NCBI GenBank assembly: GCA_965279375.1
Contig: OZ257156.1
Coordinates: 1,280,001-1,344,000, forward strand
Reading direction: 5' to 3'
Source of the DNA: Gemmatimonas sp.
GTDB taxonomy: Bacteria > Gemmatimonadota > Gemmatimonadetes > Gemmatimonadales > Gemmatimonadaceae
Length of the DNA: 64,000 nt
In this document: positions 1 through 9,497 of the stretch, in pieces
Position numbering within the stretch: position 1 is the stretch's first letter
Layout of the letters: each line of letters starts with the position of its first letter
Made by a program: the position numbers and the translations under genes
Notes under the pieces: generated by a model
What the model was told of the DNA's origin: nothing
The model's input: only the letters and a program-made list of their open reading frames with translations
Databases searched by the model: none

Positions 1-2
1 CG

Positions 3-497
3 TTCGGCTCGATCGCGCAGTGGCGCGCCCACCTCGAGCAAGAGCGCCCGGCGGTGGTGCATGCCTTCGCGACAGGCCAGCGCCTGGTCGATCAGTCCGC
101 CGGCGCCTTGGAGGCGCTGTGCCAGGAGGCGCGGACGCTCTGGGCGCGCGGCCCGAGCCCGATCCCCGCAGCGGCCGTGCTCCGGTATCGCTTTCATCTC
201 ACCGATGTGGTGCTCGATCTCGCAGCCATGCCGGAGCAGTCGGGGGCGACGGCGCTGCTCGCCAGTGCGGGCATGCGACAGGCCTGCGAGGCGCTGTGTG
301 CCATCGACCGGGCCTGGCTCCCCTCGATGCGACACCTGCTAGCCACGCTCGACGCCACGCATCCCGCGCTCGCGACCCTCGGGCGGCAGTGTGCGGAGGC
401 GGGGTTTCCGGCGACGCCTACGATCCAGTTCGTGGACGCGGTGCTCGCGCGCCTCGGTGGGCGACTCGACGCGTACGACACGACCGGGCCCGAGTAG
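3..497 (+). CDS. Hypothetical protein, 5'-truncated
   Basis: Frame of ORF 54..497 is open back to the window edge; ends before first attC. Confidence 0.6.
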   Translation, partial: FGSIAQWRAHLEQERPAVVHAFATGQRLVDQSAGALEALCQEARTLWARGPSPIPAAAVLRYRFHLTDVVLDLAAMPEQSGATALLASAGMRQACEALCAIDRAWLPSMRHLLATLDATHPALATLGRQCAEAGFPATPTIQFVDAVLARLGGRLDAYDTTGPE

Positions 498-538
498 GTG
501 GCCCGCAGGGCCCGACGGCCCAATCCCCGGGCGTTGGC

Positions 539-649
539 GCCTAACCTTGCGTTGCGCTTGACAGGGCCTTCAAGGAGGGCGGCCTGTTCGCTGGCGCTCA
601 CTGGCCGCAATTTATGGCAGGGCCCTGCAAGCGAACGCGCTCGTTAGAG
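539..649 (+). repeat. attC family A
   Basis: GCCTAAC...GTTAGAG. Confidence 0.92.
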
Positions 650-681
650 AGCCCGCCGCCCCCATATCCAAACATCGGCTC

Positions 682-1386
682 GTGAATCTCGCGGTCTTCG
701 ATATCGACGGCACGCTGCTCAACAATTTGGCCGGCGAAGACGCGTGCTACGCGCAGGCGTTACGCGAGCAGTTGGTGCTCGCCGACCTCGACACCGACTG
801 GGCCAGGTACGAGCACGTGTCCGACGATGGCATCGCGACCGAGGCCTATGCGCGGGCGTATGGATGCGCCCCGACCGCCGTGCTGCGGACCGCGACCATT
901 GATCGCTTCGTGGCGCTCCTGCGCGCGGCGCATGTGTCGTCCACGCCGCTGGTGGCCCTGCGCGGTGCGCATGAGGTGCTCACAGCGCTCCCGACGCGTG
1001 GGTGGGCGGTCGCGATGGCGACCGGGGCGTGGCGCCGCGCCGCGGAGTACAAGCTCGCGGCGGCGGGCCTGCCGGTCGCCGACGTGCCGCTGGCGACGTC
1101 GGAAGATGGTCCGGCCCGCGTCGCGATCGTTCGCAGTGCCATCGCGCGCGCGCAGGCCCAGTGGGGCGTCCCCGGGTTTGGCCGCGTGATCGCGATCGGC
1201 GATGGGGTCTGGGACGTGCGGGCGGCGCAGGCGCTCCACCTGCCGTTTGTTGGGGTAGGCGTCGGGCTATCGGTCGATCGCTTGCGCGGGGCCGGGGCAT
1301 CGCACATCATCGCGGACTACGCGGATCTTGCGGGCACGCTCCGAGTGTTCGACCAGGTGCAAGTTCCTCGCGTGGCGGCTCTCTAA
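682..1386 (+). CDS. HAD-superfamily hydrolase (copy 1)
   Basis: FDIDGTL motif I, IGDGVWD motif IV; stop in attC. Confidence 0.9.
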   Translation: MNLAVFDIDGTLLNNLAGEDACYAQALREQLVLADLDTDWARYEHVSDDGIATEAYARAYGCAPTAVLRTATIDRFVALLRAAHVSSTPLVALRGAHEVLTALPTRGWAVAMATGAWRRAAEYKLAAAGLPVADVPLATSEDGPARVAIVRSAIARAQAQWGVPGFGRVIAIGDGVWDVRAAQALHLPFVGVGVGLSVDRLRGAGASHIIADYADLAGTLRVFDQVQVPRVAAL

Positions 1387-1490
1387 CCCGGCGTTGCGGC
1401 AGACAGAGCCGTCAAGGACTGCTCCCTGTTCGCTGCGCTCACTGGTCGCATCCTATTGAAGGGCCCTGCTGCCGAACGCAATCGTTAGAT
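1381..1490 (+). repeat. attC family A
   Basis: CTCTAAC...GTTAGAT. Confidence 0.92.
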
Positions 1491-1530
1491 GTCAGTACGC
1501 CCAAAACAGCCCGGCGAGGAGGGATTAAGG

Positions 1531-2535
1531 GTGCGCCGCAGCCCAATCTTTTTGGCACTGCTCCTGACGGCGTGCGCCGCCCCAATGCATCGCACCAACG
1601 TGATCATTCCGAGCGGGACGGTCTCGCTCGCCGGGACCATCCTCCGTCCCGCGACTGCGGGCCGCCATCCGGCGGTGTTGCTGCTCCACGGTTCGGGCCC
1701 GGATGGGCGCTCGAATCCGTATTATGCGCAGGTGGCCGAGGCGTTCGTGCGCGGCGGCTTCGTCGTGTTGCTGTACGACAAGCGGGGCAGCGGGCAGTCG
1801 ACCGGCGATTGGCGGCGCGCGCCGTTCGACGCGCTGGTCGACGATGCCGCCGCGGCGACGCAGGTGCTCCGCCGGACGCCCGACGTCGATTCGACGCGCG
1901 TCGGCGTCTGGGGCGCGAGTGAAGGCGGGGCGATCGCCCCCGCCGTCGCGGCGCGTGTCCCGTCGCTGGCGTTCGTGATCATGCAGTCTGCGCCCGGCAG
2001 CTCGTTTGCCGCGCAGAATCTCTACCAGACGGCGGGCGAAGTCGCGGCGCTCACCCCGGACCCCACGATGCGCGAGGCGGCGATGCAGCTCCAGCGCGCG
2101 AAGCATGCGGTCGCGCGGGACGGAGCGGCCGCCTGGGCCGCCTACGCAACCGCGCGGCAGGCGGCGCTGGGTCGTCCGTATGCCGCGCTGGCCGCCCCCG
2201 CCACCCTGGACGATTGGTGGTGGGCGTGGTATCGCACGAAGCTGGACTACAGTCCGCTCCCGGCGCTGGCGCGGATCCGGTGCCCCGTGCTCGCGGTCTG
2301 GGGCGAGGCCGATCCGCTGATTCCCGTCGCCGCCAGCCACGCGGCGGTGGCGGAGGCCCGTCGGACGAGCGGTGCAGTGGGCGACTCGCTCGTGATCCTC
2401 GCCGGGGCCGATCATACGATGCGCGTGCCGGGCCTGCGCGGGTTCGTGCGCGGCGCGGGGCTCCGCCATCGGCCGGTCCACCTCAGGCTGCTGGTGGCGT
2501 GGGCGCGCGCCCGCGTGGCGGCCCCTGACACCTAA
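1531..2535 (+). CDS. Alpha/beta hydrolase, probable lipoprotein
   Basis: LLHGSG, YDKRGSG, GASEGG nucleophile elbow, GEAD, GADH; LTAC lipobox; start could be 1489. Confidence 0.88.
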   Translation: MRRSPIFLALLLTACAAPMHRTNVIIPSGTVSLAGTILRPATAGRHPAVLLLHGSGPDGRSNPYYAQVAEAFVRGGFVVLLYDKRGSGQSTGDWRRAPFDALVDDAAAATQVLRRTPDVDSTRVGVWGASEGGAIAPAVAARVPSLAFVIMQSAPGSSFAAQNLYQTAGEVAALTPDPTMREAAMQLQRAKHAVARDGAAAWAAYATARQAALGRPYAALAAPATLDDWWWAWYRTKLDYSPLPALARIRCPVLAVWGEADPLIPVAASHAAVAEARRTSGAVGDSLVILAGADHTMRVPGLRGFVRGAGLRHRPVHLRLLVAWARARVAAPDT

Positions 2536-2640
2536 CCGTGCGTTGCTGCTGACAGGGCCTTCAAGGATAGTGGCCTTGCTCGCGATGCTCGCTGGCCACA
2601 TCCTATTGAAGGGCCCTGCAGCAGAACGCGAGCGTTAGGT
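2530..2640 (+). repeat. attC family A
   Basis: ACCTAAC...GTTAGGT. Confidence 0.92.
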
Positions 2641-2674
2641 AGCGCTTCGCCGACTCGAGACGCAGACTTTTCCG

Positions 2675-3451
2675 ATGCTCGTTCACACGCGTCGAATCCT
2701 GGTGATCGTACTCGGTGTCTGTCTTTGGGCGGTCGGTCTGCCGACGCGGGCACTCGCGCAGCAGGCGGCCTTGCTCGGGACCGTCTTGGAGGACTCGACC
2801 GAGCGGCCGATCGTGAATGCCGAGATCGCCATCCCCGCGCTGCAGCGTCTGGTGCGCAGCGACTCGGTGGGCAACTTCAGCCTCAGCAGCATTCCGCCCG
2901 GCGTCTACCGCGTGACGGTGCGCGCCGTCGGCCGAGCTCCGCTGCAGGAGACGATCGCGTTTGGGACGGCCGGGCGGATTGAACGCGACTACCTCCTCGC
3001 CCGCGCCACGACGACGCTCGCGCCGGTCGACGTGACCGCCGATGCGTCGGTCGACGATGTACGCTTCGCCGACTTCCACGCGCGGCGGCGCCTCGGCACG
3101 GGGCGCTTCCTCACGCAAGACCTCTTGGCGCAGGCGGACGGCCGGAAGATGGCCGATGTGCTGGCGAGTCGCATTCCCGGATTGCGGAGCGTGTCCCTGG
3201 GCGGCACCCAAGGCGTCATGGTCAGTACGCGGGGCGTCATCAGCTTCCGCAATCAGCGGTGCTATGTGAAGGTCATGGTCGACCGCATGCTCCGATACAA
3301 TGGCAGTCCCGACCCGCTCTTTGACATCAACACCCTCGATCCGGCGACGATCGCGGGGGTGGAGTACTACACCACCGCGCAGGTGCCGGCCGAGTTCAAC
3401 GGCACCGGCACGCCGTGCGGCACGCTCGTCATCTGGACGCGCCTGCGCTAG
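2675..3451 (+). CDS. Secreted carboxypeptidase-regulatory-like domain + TonB plug-like protein (copy 1)
   Basis: Signal peptide, GTV..D...PI..A..G.F.L..G.Y.V pattern, C-terminal GVEYY...CGTLVIWTR. Confidence 0.8.
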   Translation: MLVHTRRILVIVLGVCLWAVGLPTRALAQQAALLGTVLEDSTERPIVNAEIAIPALQRLVRSDSVGNFSLSSIPPGVYRVTVRAVGRAPLQETIAFGTAGRIERDYLLARATTTLAPVDVTADASVDDVRFADFHARRRLGTGRFLTQDLLAQADGRKMADVLASRIPGLRSVSLGGTQGVMVSTRGVISFRNQRCYVKVMVDRMLRYNGSPDPLFDINTLDPATIAGVEYYTTAQVPAEFNGTGTPCGTLVIWTRLR

Positions 3452-3501
3452 TGTCGCGTCCTGTCGGCGCGGCCGCGGCATCACGCGACGCGACGCGCGC
3501 T

Positions 3502-3620
3502 ACCTAACCTCGCGTTGGTGCAGTCGGCCGCGCAACGGTGCGCCGTGTAACTGCGGCGCTGGCGCGCCTCCGTTCACGGCTGCCTATTTGAGCGGCCGCA
3601 GCACAACGCAATCGTTAGAT
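3502..3620 (+). repeat. attC family B
   Basis: ACCTAAC...gccgtgtaac...gttcacggc...GTTAGAT. Confidence 0.92.
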
Positions 3621-4330
3621 AGTCCCACCGCACGACACCGCACACGCAGGCTCCGCTCGGGGTGTCTGTGTTCGCCCGATGCGTCGACGGCGCGCGGTGC
3701 GCGTCGATCGCCCCGCGCCGGCAAGACCGCGCCGCAGCGGTTGGCCATCGTGCGTGGCCCCGTGGGTTGATGGTGGCGCGGGGTTGCGTGCGTGCGCGCT
3801 GACCGCGTCGTCGCGTGGTCGCCGATGTCGGGATCGTGGTGGCACGTCGCGTCGGCGTCGGTCAACGCGAGGGAACGTGCATGTCGCTGCGGCGCGTCCT
3901 CGCGGGCACCACCCCGGCGGAGGTGGCCGATGTACACGTCGGGTGCGCAGGGCTTCCGGCGTGCACGTCGTCGCGTCGGGGCTCGAGTGCGTTTCATGCA
4001 TCGCGTGCGTGCGCGCGCATTGCGTAATCGCGCGAGTGCGCGAGTGCGAGTGCGCGTGGGCGTGATGGCGCGTGGGCGTGATGGCGCGTGGGCGTGATGG
4101 CGCGTGGGCCGGGGACCAGCGGGTTCGGCGAACGGAGCGCCGTCGCCTGCGCGCAACGCCGTGCGCCACGCCAGCGCCGCCAGGCGAGCCCCGCCGGCGC
4201 CGCGTGGGTCCGGGCCGCCTCGTGTCCATGCCGCGCGGCCGTTGTGCGCGTCGCTCGCGCTGGCCCACGGGCGAGGCGCGGGCGACGGCGGACGGCGCGT
4301 CCGCTTACAAACGCCCTGGGACTATCTAAC
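3614..4330. other. Cassette without a convincing ORF
   Basis: Bounded by GTTAGATAGTCCCA / TGGGACTATCTAAC; only low-complexity Arg/Ala-rich ORFs. Confidence 0.6.
4052..4109. repeat. Tandem repeat GCGCGTGGGCGTGATG x3.6
   Basis: Read directly; preceded by GCGAGT-like iterations. Confidence 0.9.
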
Positions 4331-4444
4331 CTTGCGTTGGTGCTGACGGCCGCTCAGCGGTGCGCCGTGTAACGTCGCGGGCTGGCGCCCGCTCGTTCAC
4401 GGCTTCCTATTCTGAGCGGCCGCAGCACAACGCTATCGTTAGGT
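4324..4444 (+). repeat. attC family B
   Basis: ATCTAAC...GTTAGGT. Confidence 0.92.
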
Positions 4445-4476
4445 GGCCCTCCAACCCATTGCTCGGAAGCCTTGAG

Positions 4477-5031
4477 ATGGAAAGCTGGCCTGAGCCACGC
4501 CGCATCTTTCTGCACACATACAACTCACTAGTTCATCTGGCCGAGACAGTTGAGCATGGTCTTGTTGGCGTGCCCGAGAACGGCGCTGGGTCTGCGAGTA
4601 AGGCCAATCGGCTCCAGATTGATGACTGGGTACTGCTCCGCGTGACAGACCCGCTCTATCGCCCCGACCACCTAGTAATCGCGTCCCCTCTCCGAGTAAT
4701 CGGAGCCCCCTTCCGGCAATCGCGGGAACCGCGAGATGCCCCGCGTTGGCCGGACCTCCTGTGGAAAGAGGAGAGGGAAGCAGGTGTCTCTCGCTACGGC
4801 TTTCGGATTCCGGTAACGCATGTTGGCACGCCGTTTCGGCAGCTGCAAATCGCCTTTGAAGATCTCGGGAATAGCGGTATCAAGGGACGGAATCGGAAGC
4901 TTCTAGAAGTCCCGAATCAGTGGGGGATCAAGTTCGTATCCAATGTGCTGGATGCGCGCTTCGAGATCGTACGCGTTCTCGATCTGTTGAGTCGCTTCTC
5001 GAAGGACGCAGCCGGTACCGAGAACGGATGA
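4477..5031 (+). CDS. Hypothetical protein, possible EVE/PUA-like domain
   Basis: GLVGV...LQIDDWVLL...PF...LLW...YGFRI pattern; lower GC. Confidence 0.65.
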   Translation: MESWPEPRRIFLHTYNSLVHLAETVEHGLVGVPENGAGSASKANRLQIDDWVLLRVTDPLYRPDHLVIASPLRVIGAPFRQSREPRDAPRWPDLLWKEEREAGVSRYGFRIPVTHVGTPFRQLQIAFEDLGNSGIKGRNRKLLEVPNQWGIKFVSNVLDARFEIVRVLDLLSRFSKDAAGTENG

Positions 5032-5216
5032 GTGCCCTACGTGTTGTCTGGTCGACCTCGGAGATGAATCAGCTATCGTGATAGGCTCGCCGGCGAGACC
5101 TAGTTCTGCACGCAGGTATTGCTGATCGGGCCCGTGTTCGTAACATCCCTGACGGCGCTGCATTTCCCGTTCGCGCGGGAACAGCTTCATCTGCGATTCC
5201 GTAGCGGGGGAGGGCC

Positions 5217-5326
5217 ACCTAACCTTGCGTTGCGGCAGACAGGGCCTTCACGGATTGCTCCCTGTTCGCTGCGCTCACTGGTCGCATCCTATTGAAGGGC
5301 CCTGCTGCCGAACGCGCTCGTTAGAG
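5217..5326 (+). repeat. attC family A
   Basis: ACCTAAC...GTTAGAG. Confidence 0.92.
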
Positions 5327-5358
5327 AGCCCGCCGCCCCCATATCCAAACATCGGCTC

Positions 5359-6063
5359 GTGAATCTCGCGGTCTTCGATATCGACGGCACGCTGCTCAAC
5401 AATTTGGCCGGCGAAGACGCGTGCTACGCGCAGGCGTTACGCGAGCAGTTGGTGCTCGCCGACCTCGACACCGACTGGGCCAGGTACGAGCACGTGTCCG
5501 ACGATGGCATCGCGACCGAGGCCTATGCGCGGGCGTATGGATGCGCCCCGACCGCCGTGCTGCGGGCCGCGACCATTGATCGCTTCGTGGCGCTCCTGCG
5601 CGCGGCGCATGTGTCGTCCGCGCCGCTGGTAGCCCTGCGCGGTGCGCACGAGGTGCTCGCCGCGCTCCCGGCGCGCGGATGGGCGGTCGCGTTGGCGACC
5701 GGGGCGTGGCGCCGCGCCGCGGAGTACAAGCTCGCGGCGGCGGGCCTGCCGGTCGCCGACGTGCCGCTGGCGACGTCGGAAGATGGTCCGGCCCGCGTCG
5801 CGATCGTTCGCAGTGCCATCGCGCGCGCGCAGGCCCAGTGGGGCGTCCCCGAGTTTGCCCGCGTGGTCGCGATCGGCGATGGGGTCTGGGACGTGCGGGC
5901 GGCACAGGCGCTTCACCTGCCATTTGCTGGGGTGGGCGTCGGGCCATCGGTCGATCGCTTGCGCGGTGCCGGGGCATCGCACATCATCGCGGACTATGCG
6001 GATCTTGCGGGCACGCTCCGAGTGTTCGACCAAGTGCAAGTTCCGCGCACGGCGGCTCTCTAA
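5359..6063 (+). CDS. HAD-superfamily hydrolase (copy 2)
   Basis: Close paralog of 682..1386. Confidence 0.9.
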   Translation: MNLAVFDIDGTLLNNLAGEDACYAQALREQLVLADLDTDWARYEHVSDDGIATEAYARAYGCAPTAVLRAATIDRFVALLRAAHVSSAPLVALRGAHEVLAALPARGWAVALATGAWRRAAEYKLAAAGLPVADVPLATSEDGPARVAIVRSAIARAQAQWGVPEFARVVAIGDGVWDVRAAQALHLPFAGVGVGPSVDRLRGAGASHIIADYADLAGTLRVFDQVQVPRTAAL

Positions 6064-6167
6064 CCTCGCGTTGCGGCAGACAGGGCCTTCAAGGACTGCT
6101 CCCTGTTCGCTGCGCTCACTGGTCGCATCCTATTGAAGGGCCCTGCTGCCGAACGCAATCGTTAGAC
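6058..6167 (+). repeat. attC family A
   Basis: CTCTAAC...GTTAGAC. Confidence 0.92.
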
Positions 6168-6400
6168 GGCCAGCAGCGAGATCGGTGCATGCCGGTGCGC
6201 CCTCGCGCGAGTGACCAGCCGGTGGGCCGGCCAGGCCGATCGATCGGCAGCCCGATCCGCCTCGCCCTCCGTGGAGCGCTGTGGCGTGTGCCGGTGGCGC
6301 GGGAGTCAGGAGGCCGCGGATCGCGGCGGGCCAGACCTGCGATGCCGCCCCATGCTGTCCCAGCGGGAATCCTGGGCCTATCTTTCGTTGATCCCCACCC

Positions 6401-6637
6401 ATGCCCATGACGCCAGCCGACCTCCTCCAGCGTATCACGATCCGCCCCGAGCAATGCGGGGGCCGTCCGTGCATTCGGGGGATGCGGATCCGGGTGATCG
6501 ACGTCCTGGAGCTGTTAGCCGCCGGCGACTCGCAGGCACAAATCCTTGAGGACTATCCGTATCTCGAGGCGGACGATATCGCCGCGTGCCTGCTCTACGC
6601 GGCGCGGCGGTTGAACCATCCGAACGTCGCGGCGTAG
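6401..6637 (+). CDS. DUF433 antitoxin-like protein
   Basis: RITIRPEQCGGRPCIRGMRIRV...ILEDYPYLEADDIAACLLYAA. Confidence 0.92.
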   Translation: MPMTPADLLQRITIRPEQCGGRPCIRGMRIRVIDVLELLAAGDSQAQILEDYPYLEADDIAACLLYAARRLNHPNVAA

Positions 6638-6640
6638 CCG

Positions 6641-7009
6641 GTGATGGCGGACGCGCCGACGTCCGGGATCGTCTGGGTCGACGCGCAATTGCCGCCGGCA
6701 CTGGCCCGGTGGCTTCGGCAGACCCATGGGGTGGCCGCGTGGCACGTCGAGGAGGTCGAGCAGCTCGACGCGGATGATCCGGCGATCTTCGCCGCGGCCC
6801 GGAGTGGCCGGGCCGCGATCGTGGTGACGAAGGATGACGATTTTGTCGAGCTGGTCGAGCGACTCGGTCCCCCGCCACAAGTCGTGTGGGTCACGTGTGG
6901 GAACATCAAGAACGCTGAGTTGCGGGCGATCGTCCTGGAGGCCTGGCCGCGGGTGGCGGAACTGCTCGCGAGTGGCGAGCCGTTGGTGGAACTCGGGCGT
7001 CGCACGTAG
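6641..7009 (+). CDS. DUF5615 PIN-like toxin
   Basis: VDAQLPPALA...D..IF...VVTKDDDF...GN. Confidence 0.9.
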   Translation: MMADAPTSGIVWVDAQLPPALARWLRQTHGVAAWHVEEVEQLDADDPAIFAAARSGRAAIVVTKDDDFVELVERLGPPPQVVWVTCGNIKNAELRAIVLEAWPRVAELLASGEPLVELGRRT

Positions 7010-7024
7010 ATCGCCCGACTGGCC

Positions 7025-7133
7025 GTCTAACCTTGCGTTGCGGCAGACAGGGCCTTCAAGGTAGCGGCCGATTCGCTTCGCTCACTGGCCGCAACCTATT
7101 GAAAGGCCCTGCAGCCGAACGCGAGCGTTAGAT
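7025..7133 (+). repeat. attC family A
   Basis: GTCTAAC...GTTAGAT. Confidence 0.92.
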
Positions 7134-7285
7134 GGCGGCTCAAGAATTGGTGTAATCGCGAGTGCGTCGCGCGATATTGGAGATGGAGTCGTCGTGAGAT
7201 TTCGCGACGGTCGTGCTCGTGGCATCACTTCACGAGTTCTCGCGAACGCGTCCCCAACATCGTGCAGTCCATTGGGAGGTGTGCA

Positions 7286-7582
7286 ATGTCTGAGAAGCCG
7301 GGTTCGCCGCATTGGGCGGCGTCGTCGGAAGGTCGTGTCCTCCGCGTCGTCGGGGCCCTGATCGCGGGGATTGATCTGGCGATCGTGTGGTCCGATCTGC
7401 GCGCGGGACAGGCGGTGCCCTGGACCGCGTGGGCGCGTCCGCTCTGGATGGCGGCGCTCGTCCTCGGTGCGGATCCACGGTTCGCGCGGCGTTGGCCGAC
7501 GCGGCAGCCCGTGACGTGGATGGGGCTCGCCGTCTTTGGGATGCTGTACCTCGTGGTGCGTACGGCGACCCACGGCTCGTAG
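7286..7582 (+). CDS. Small 3-TM membrane protein (family copy 1)
   Basis: GGAGG RBS; three hydrophobic segments; frame conserved in 5 copies. Confidence 0.8.
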   Translation: MSEKPGSPHWAASSEGRVLRVVGALIAGIDLAIVWSDLRAGQAVPWTAWARPLWMAALVLGADPRFARRWPTRQPVTWMGLAVFGMLYLVVRTATHGS

Positions 7583-7725
7583 TCCGTCGGGACGCCGCGT
7601 TCGCCGTCCGCGCATAGCCCCGGTGCCGCGAAGGGCCCCGAGTGACGGTCCCCCGTTCGCATGACCGCGGCGTTGCGTCGCGCGACCGGCTCGCGTGGCC
7701 GCGACACTGCGCCGCACGTGCCGCC

Positions 7726-7845
7726 ATCTAACCTCACGTTGGTGCAGTCAGCCGCTCAGCGGTGCGCCGTGTAACGCGCGCACTGGCGTGCGCTCGTTCA
7801 CGGCTTCCTATTCTGAGCGGCCGCTGCACAACGTAAGCGTTAGAC
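7726..7845 (+). repeat. attC family B
   Basis: ATCTAAC...GTTAGAC. Confidence 0.92.
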
Positions 7846-7855
7846 ATCTTGAACC

Positions 7856-8323
7856 ATGAATAGCACATTCGAAGCAATCATCGCGTCGTTCGAACCGAAG
7901 CTCCAGCAACTCACGGCGATGCCGCTCTGTGATCCGCTTGCGCTGCCTGCCGATGCGCCCATTGCTGGCGTCTACGTTCTGTTCGAGAACGACGAGCCGC
8001 TGTATGTCGGACGCAGCAATCGGCTCCGGAAACGGCTAGGCAATCATTGTCGCGAAGGTGCGACGCACAAGATGGCGGCGTTCGCATTTCGACTGGCCAG
8101 AGTCGAGACAGGCAACCTCAAGGCCACCTACAGGCCCGAGGGGTCTCGGAGTGCGCTAATGAAGGATCCGACCTTCGCCCACGCCTTTGCTGAGGCGAAG
8201 TCGCGTATTCGTCGCATGCGTGTGCGGTACGTGGCCGAAGCCCAGCCAACACATCAAGCATTGCTCGAGATCTACGTTGCGATCGCGATGAGGACGCCGT
8301 TCAATGACTTCGAAACACACTGA
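7856..8323 (+). CDS. GIY-YIG nuclease family protein
   Basis: GVYVLF...LYVGRS..LRKRL..H, C-terminal E and FN. Confidence 0.85.
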   Translation: MNSTFEAIIASFEPKLQQLTAMPLCDPLALPADAPIAGVYVLFENDEPLYVGRSNRLRKRLGNHCREGATHKMAAFAFRLARVETGNLKATYRPEGSRSALMKDPTFAHAFAEAKSRIRRMRVRYVAEAQPTHQALLEIYVAIAMRTPFNDFETH

Positions 8324-8355
8324 GACGTTCTCTACTCCTGAACTCCTGTGGAGCT

Positions 8356-8910
8356 ATGGCAAGTATCCTCCCTCGGCTCGCCGAACTCAGTGAAGCGATC
8401 GACGAGAATCTCGCGAAGCATCGAGTGCTCCCCACGCTTGCCCTCCTTTACACTGCAATCGACGTCCTGGCGTCGCTAGAGCGAAGGGCGAATGAAGGCG
8501 TCCAGTCCGCGTTTGTGCGATGGACCGATGAGTTTCTGATCGCAGGTCAGACGCTCCCGTATTCAGCAATAGATCTCTACGCGGCCCGTTGTGGAATTCT
8601 ACATGCTTACTCGGCTGACTCAGACTTGGCGAGGAGAGGCAAGGCGAAGCCGATCCTGTACGCGTGGGGGCGCGCAAATGCAGATTTCCTCGCACATAGG
8701 ATTGCCGTCTCCGGCACGGCGGCAATCGGAATCCATCTAGATGATCTGGTGTCAGCGTTTCACCGGGCCGTGACCCGAATGCTAGACGTCATGGACGCAG
8801 CGCCCCTCAGGCGGGCCGGAATTGAGCACGCGGCGGACGCCTGGTTCGCCGATGTCGGGATAGGCGCTCTTGAGGCGGAGAAGGAAGATCTCCGTGGAGG
8901 CGATGTCTAA
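8356..8910 (+). CDS. Hypothetical protein with HEPN-like R-x4-H motif
   Basis: AIDVLASL...F..W...DLYAARCGILH; GGAG RBS; stop in attC. Confidence 0.7.
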   Translation: MASILPRLAELSEAIDENLAKHRVLPTLALLYTAIDVLASLERRANEGVQSAFVRWTDEFLIAGQTLPYSAIDLYAARCGILHAYSADSDLARRGKAKPILYAWGRANADFLAHRIAVSGTAAIGIHLDDLVSAFHRAVTRMLDVMDAAPLRRAGIEHAADAWFADVGIGALEAEKEDLRGGDV

Positions 8911-9023
8911 CCTTGCGTTGGTGCAGACAGCCGCTCAGCGGTGCGCCGTGTAACTGCGGCGCTGGCGCGCCTCCGTTCACGGCTTCCTATTTGAGCGGCT
9001 GCTGCACAACGCCATCGTTAGCG
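8905..9023 (+). repeat. attC family B
   Basis: GTCTAAC...GTTAGCG. Confidence 0.92.
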
Positions 9024-9153
9024 AGCCTGCGCTGCTGGCATCACCACGATGACGAGTGCTGGTGCGCGTGGCGTAGATCGGCGGAGTCTGGCACGCTCCG
9101 TTGCGTGGGACCACGCGGTCCCCGCCGATGTGGCCGCCACCGCGGGTGACGGG

Positions 9154-9183
9154 TTGGCGCCGGATTCCGTGAGCCGTTATAAT
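9154..9183 (+). promoter_or_regulatory. Putative sigma70 promoter of higBA
   Basis: TTGGCG-18-TATAAT, 7 nt before GTG. Confidence 0.65.
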
Positions 9184-9190
9184 AGTAGGT

Positions 9191-9484
9191 GTGATACGCA
9201 CCTTTGCCGATCTGGCCACCGAAGACCTGTTCAATGGCGTCGATAGCCGGCGGGCGCGGCAGGCGTGTCCGAACACGCTCTGGGCGGTGGTCGCGCGGAA
9301 GCTGACGCAGCTCAATCGCGTGCGCGAACTCCGAGAGCTGGCCATTCCACCCGGCAACCGGCTGGAAGCGCTCAAGGGATCACGGCGCGGGCAGCACAGT
9401 ATCCGCATCAACGATCAGTACCGGATCTGCTTCCGGTGGGAGGAAGGCCATGCCGACGCGGTCGAAGTCACGGACTACCACTAA
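9191..9484 (+). CDS. higB: HigB-family toxin
   Basis: PPGNRLEALKG.R.GQHSIRINDQYRICFRW...VEVTDYH. Confidence 0.95.
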   Translation: MIRTFADLATEDLFNGVDSRRARQACPNTLWAVVARKLTQLNRVRELRELAIPPGNRLEALKGSRRGQHSIRINDQYRICFRWEEGHADAVEVTDYH

Positions 9485-9497
9485 GTCGACGCCGTTG

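Noticed and set aside
1429..1445. tcgctgcgctcactgg resembling a ColE1-origin or vector sequence
   Set aside because: It is the short central loop of family A attC, repeated dozens of times with no other origin sequence
1002..1922. ORFs running through attC sites (recurrent peptides such as LPVRCAHWS, LSGAPCNCGAG, GPCCRTQSL)
   Set aside because: These are translations of the attC repeat in GC-rich shadow frames; true genes start after GTTAG
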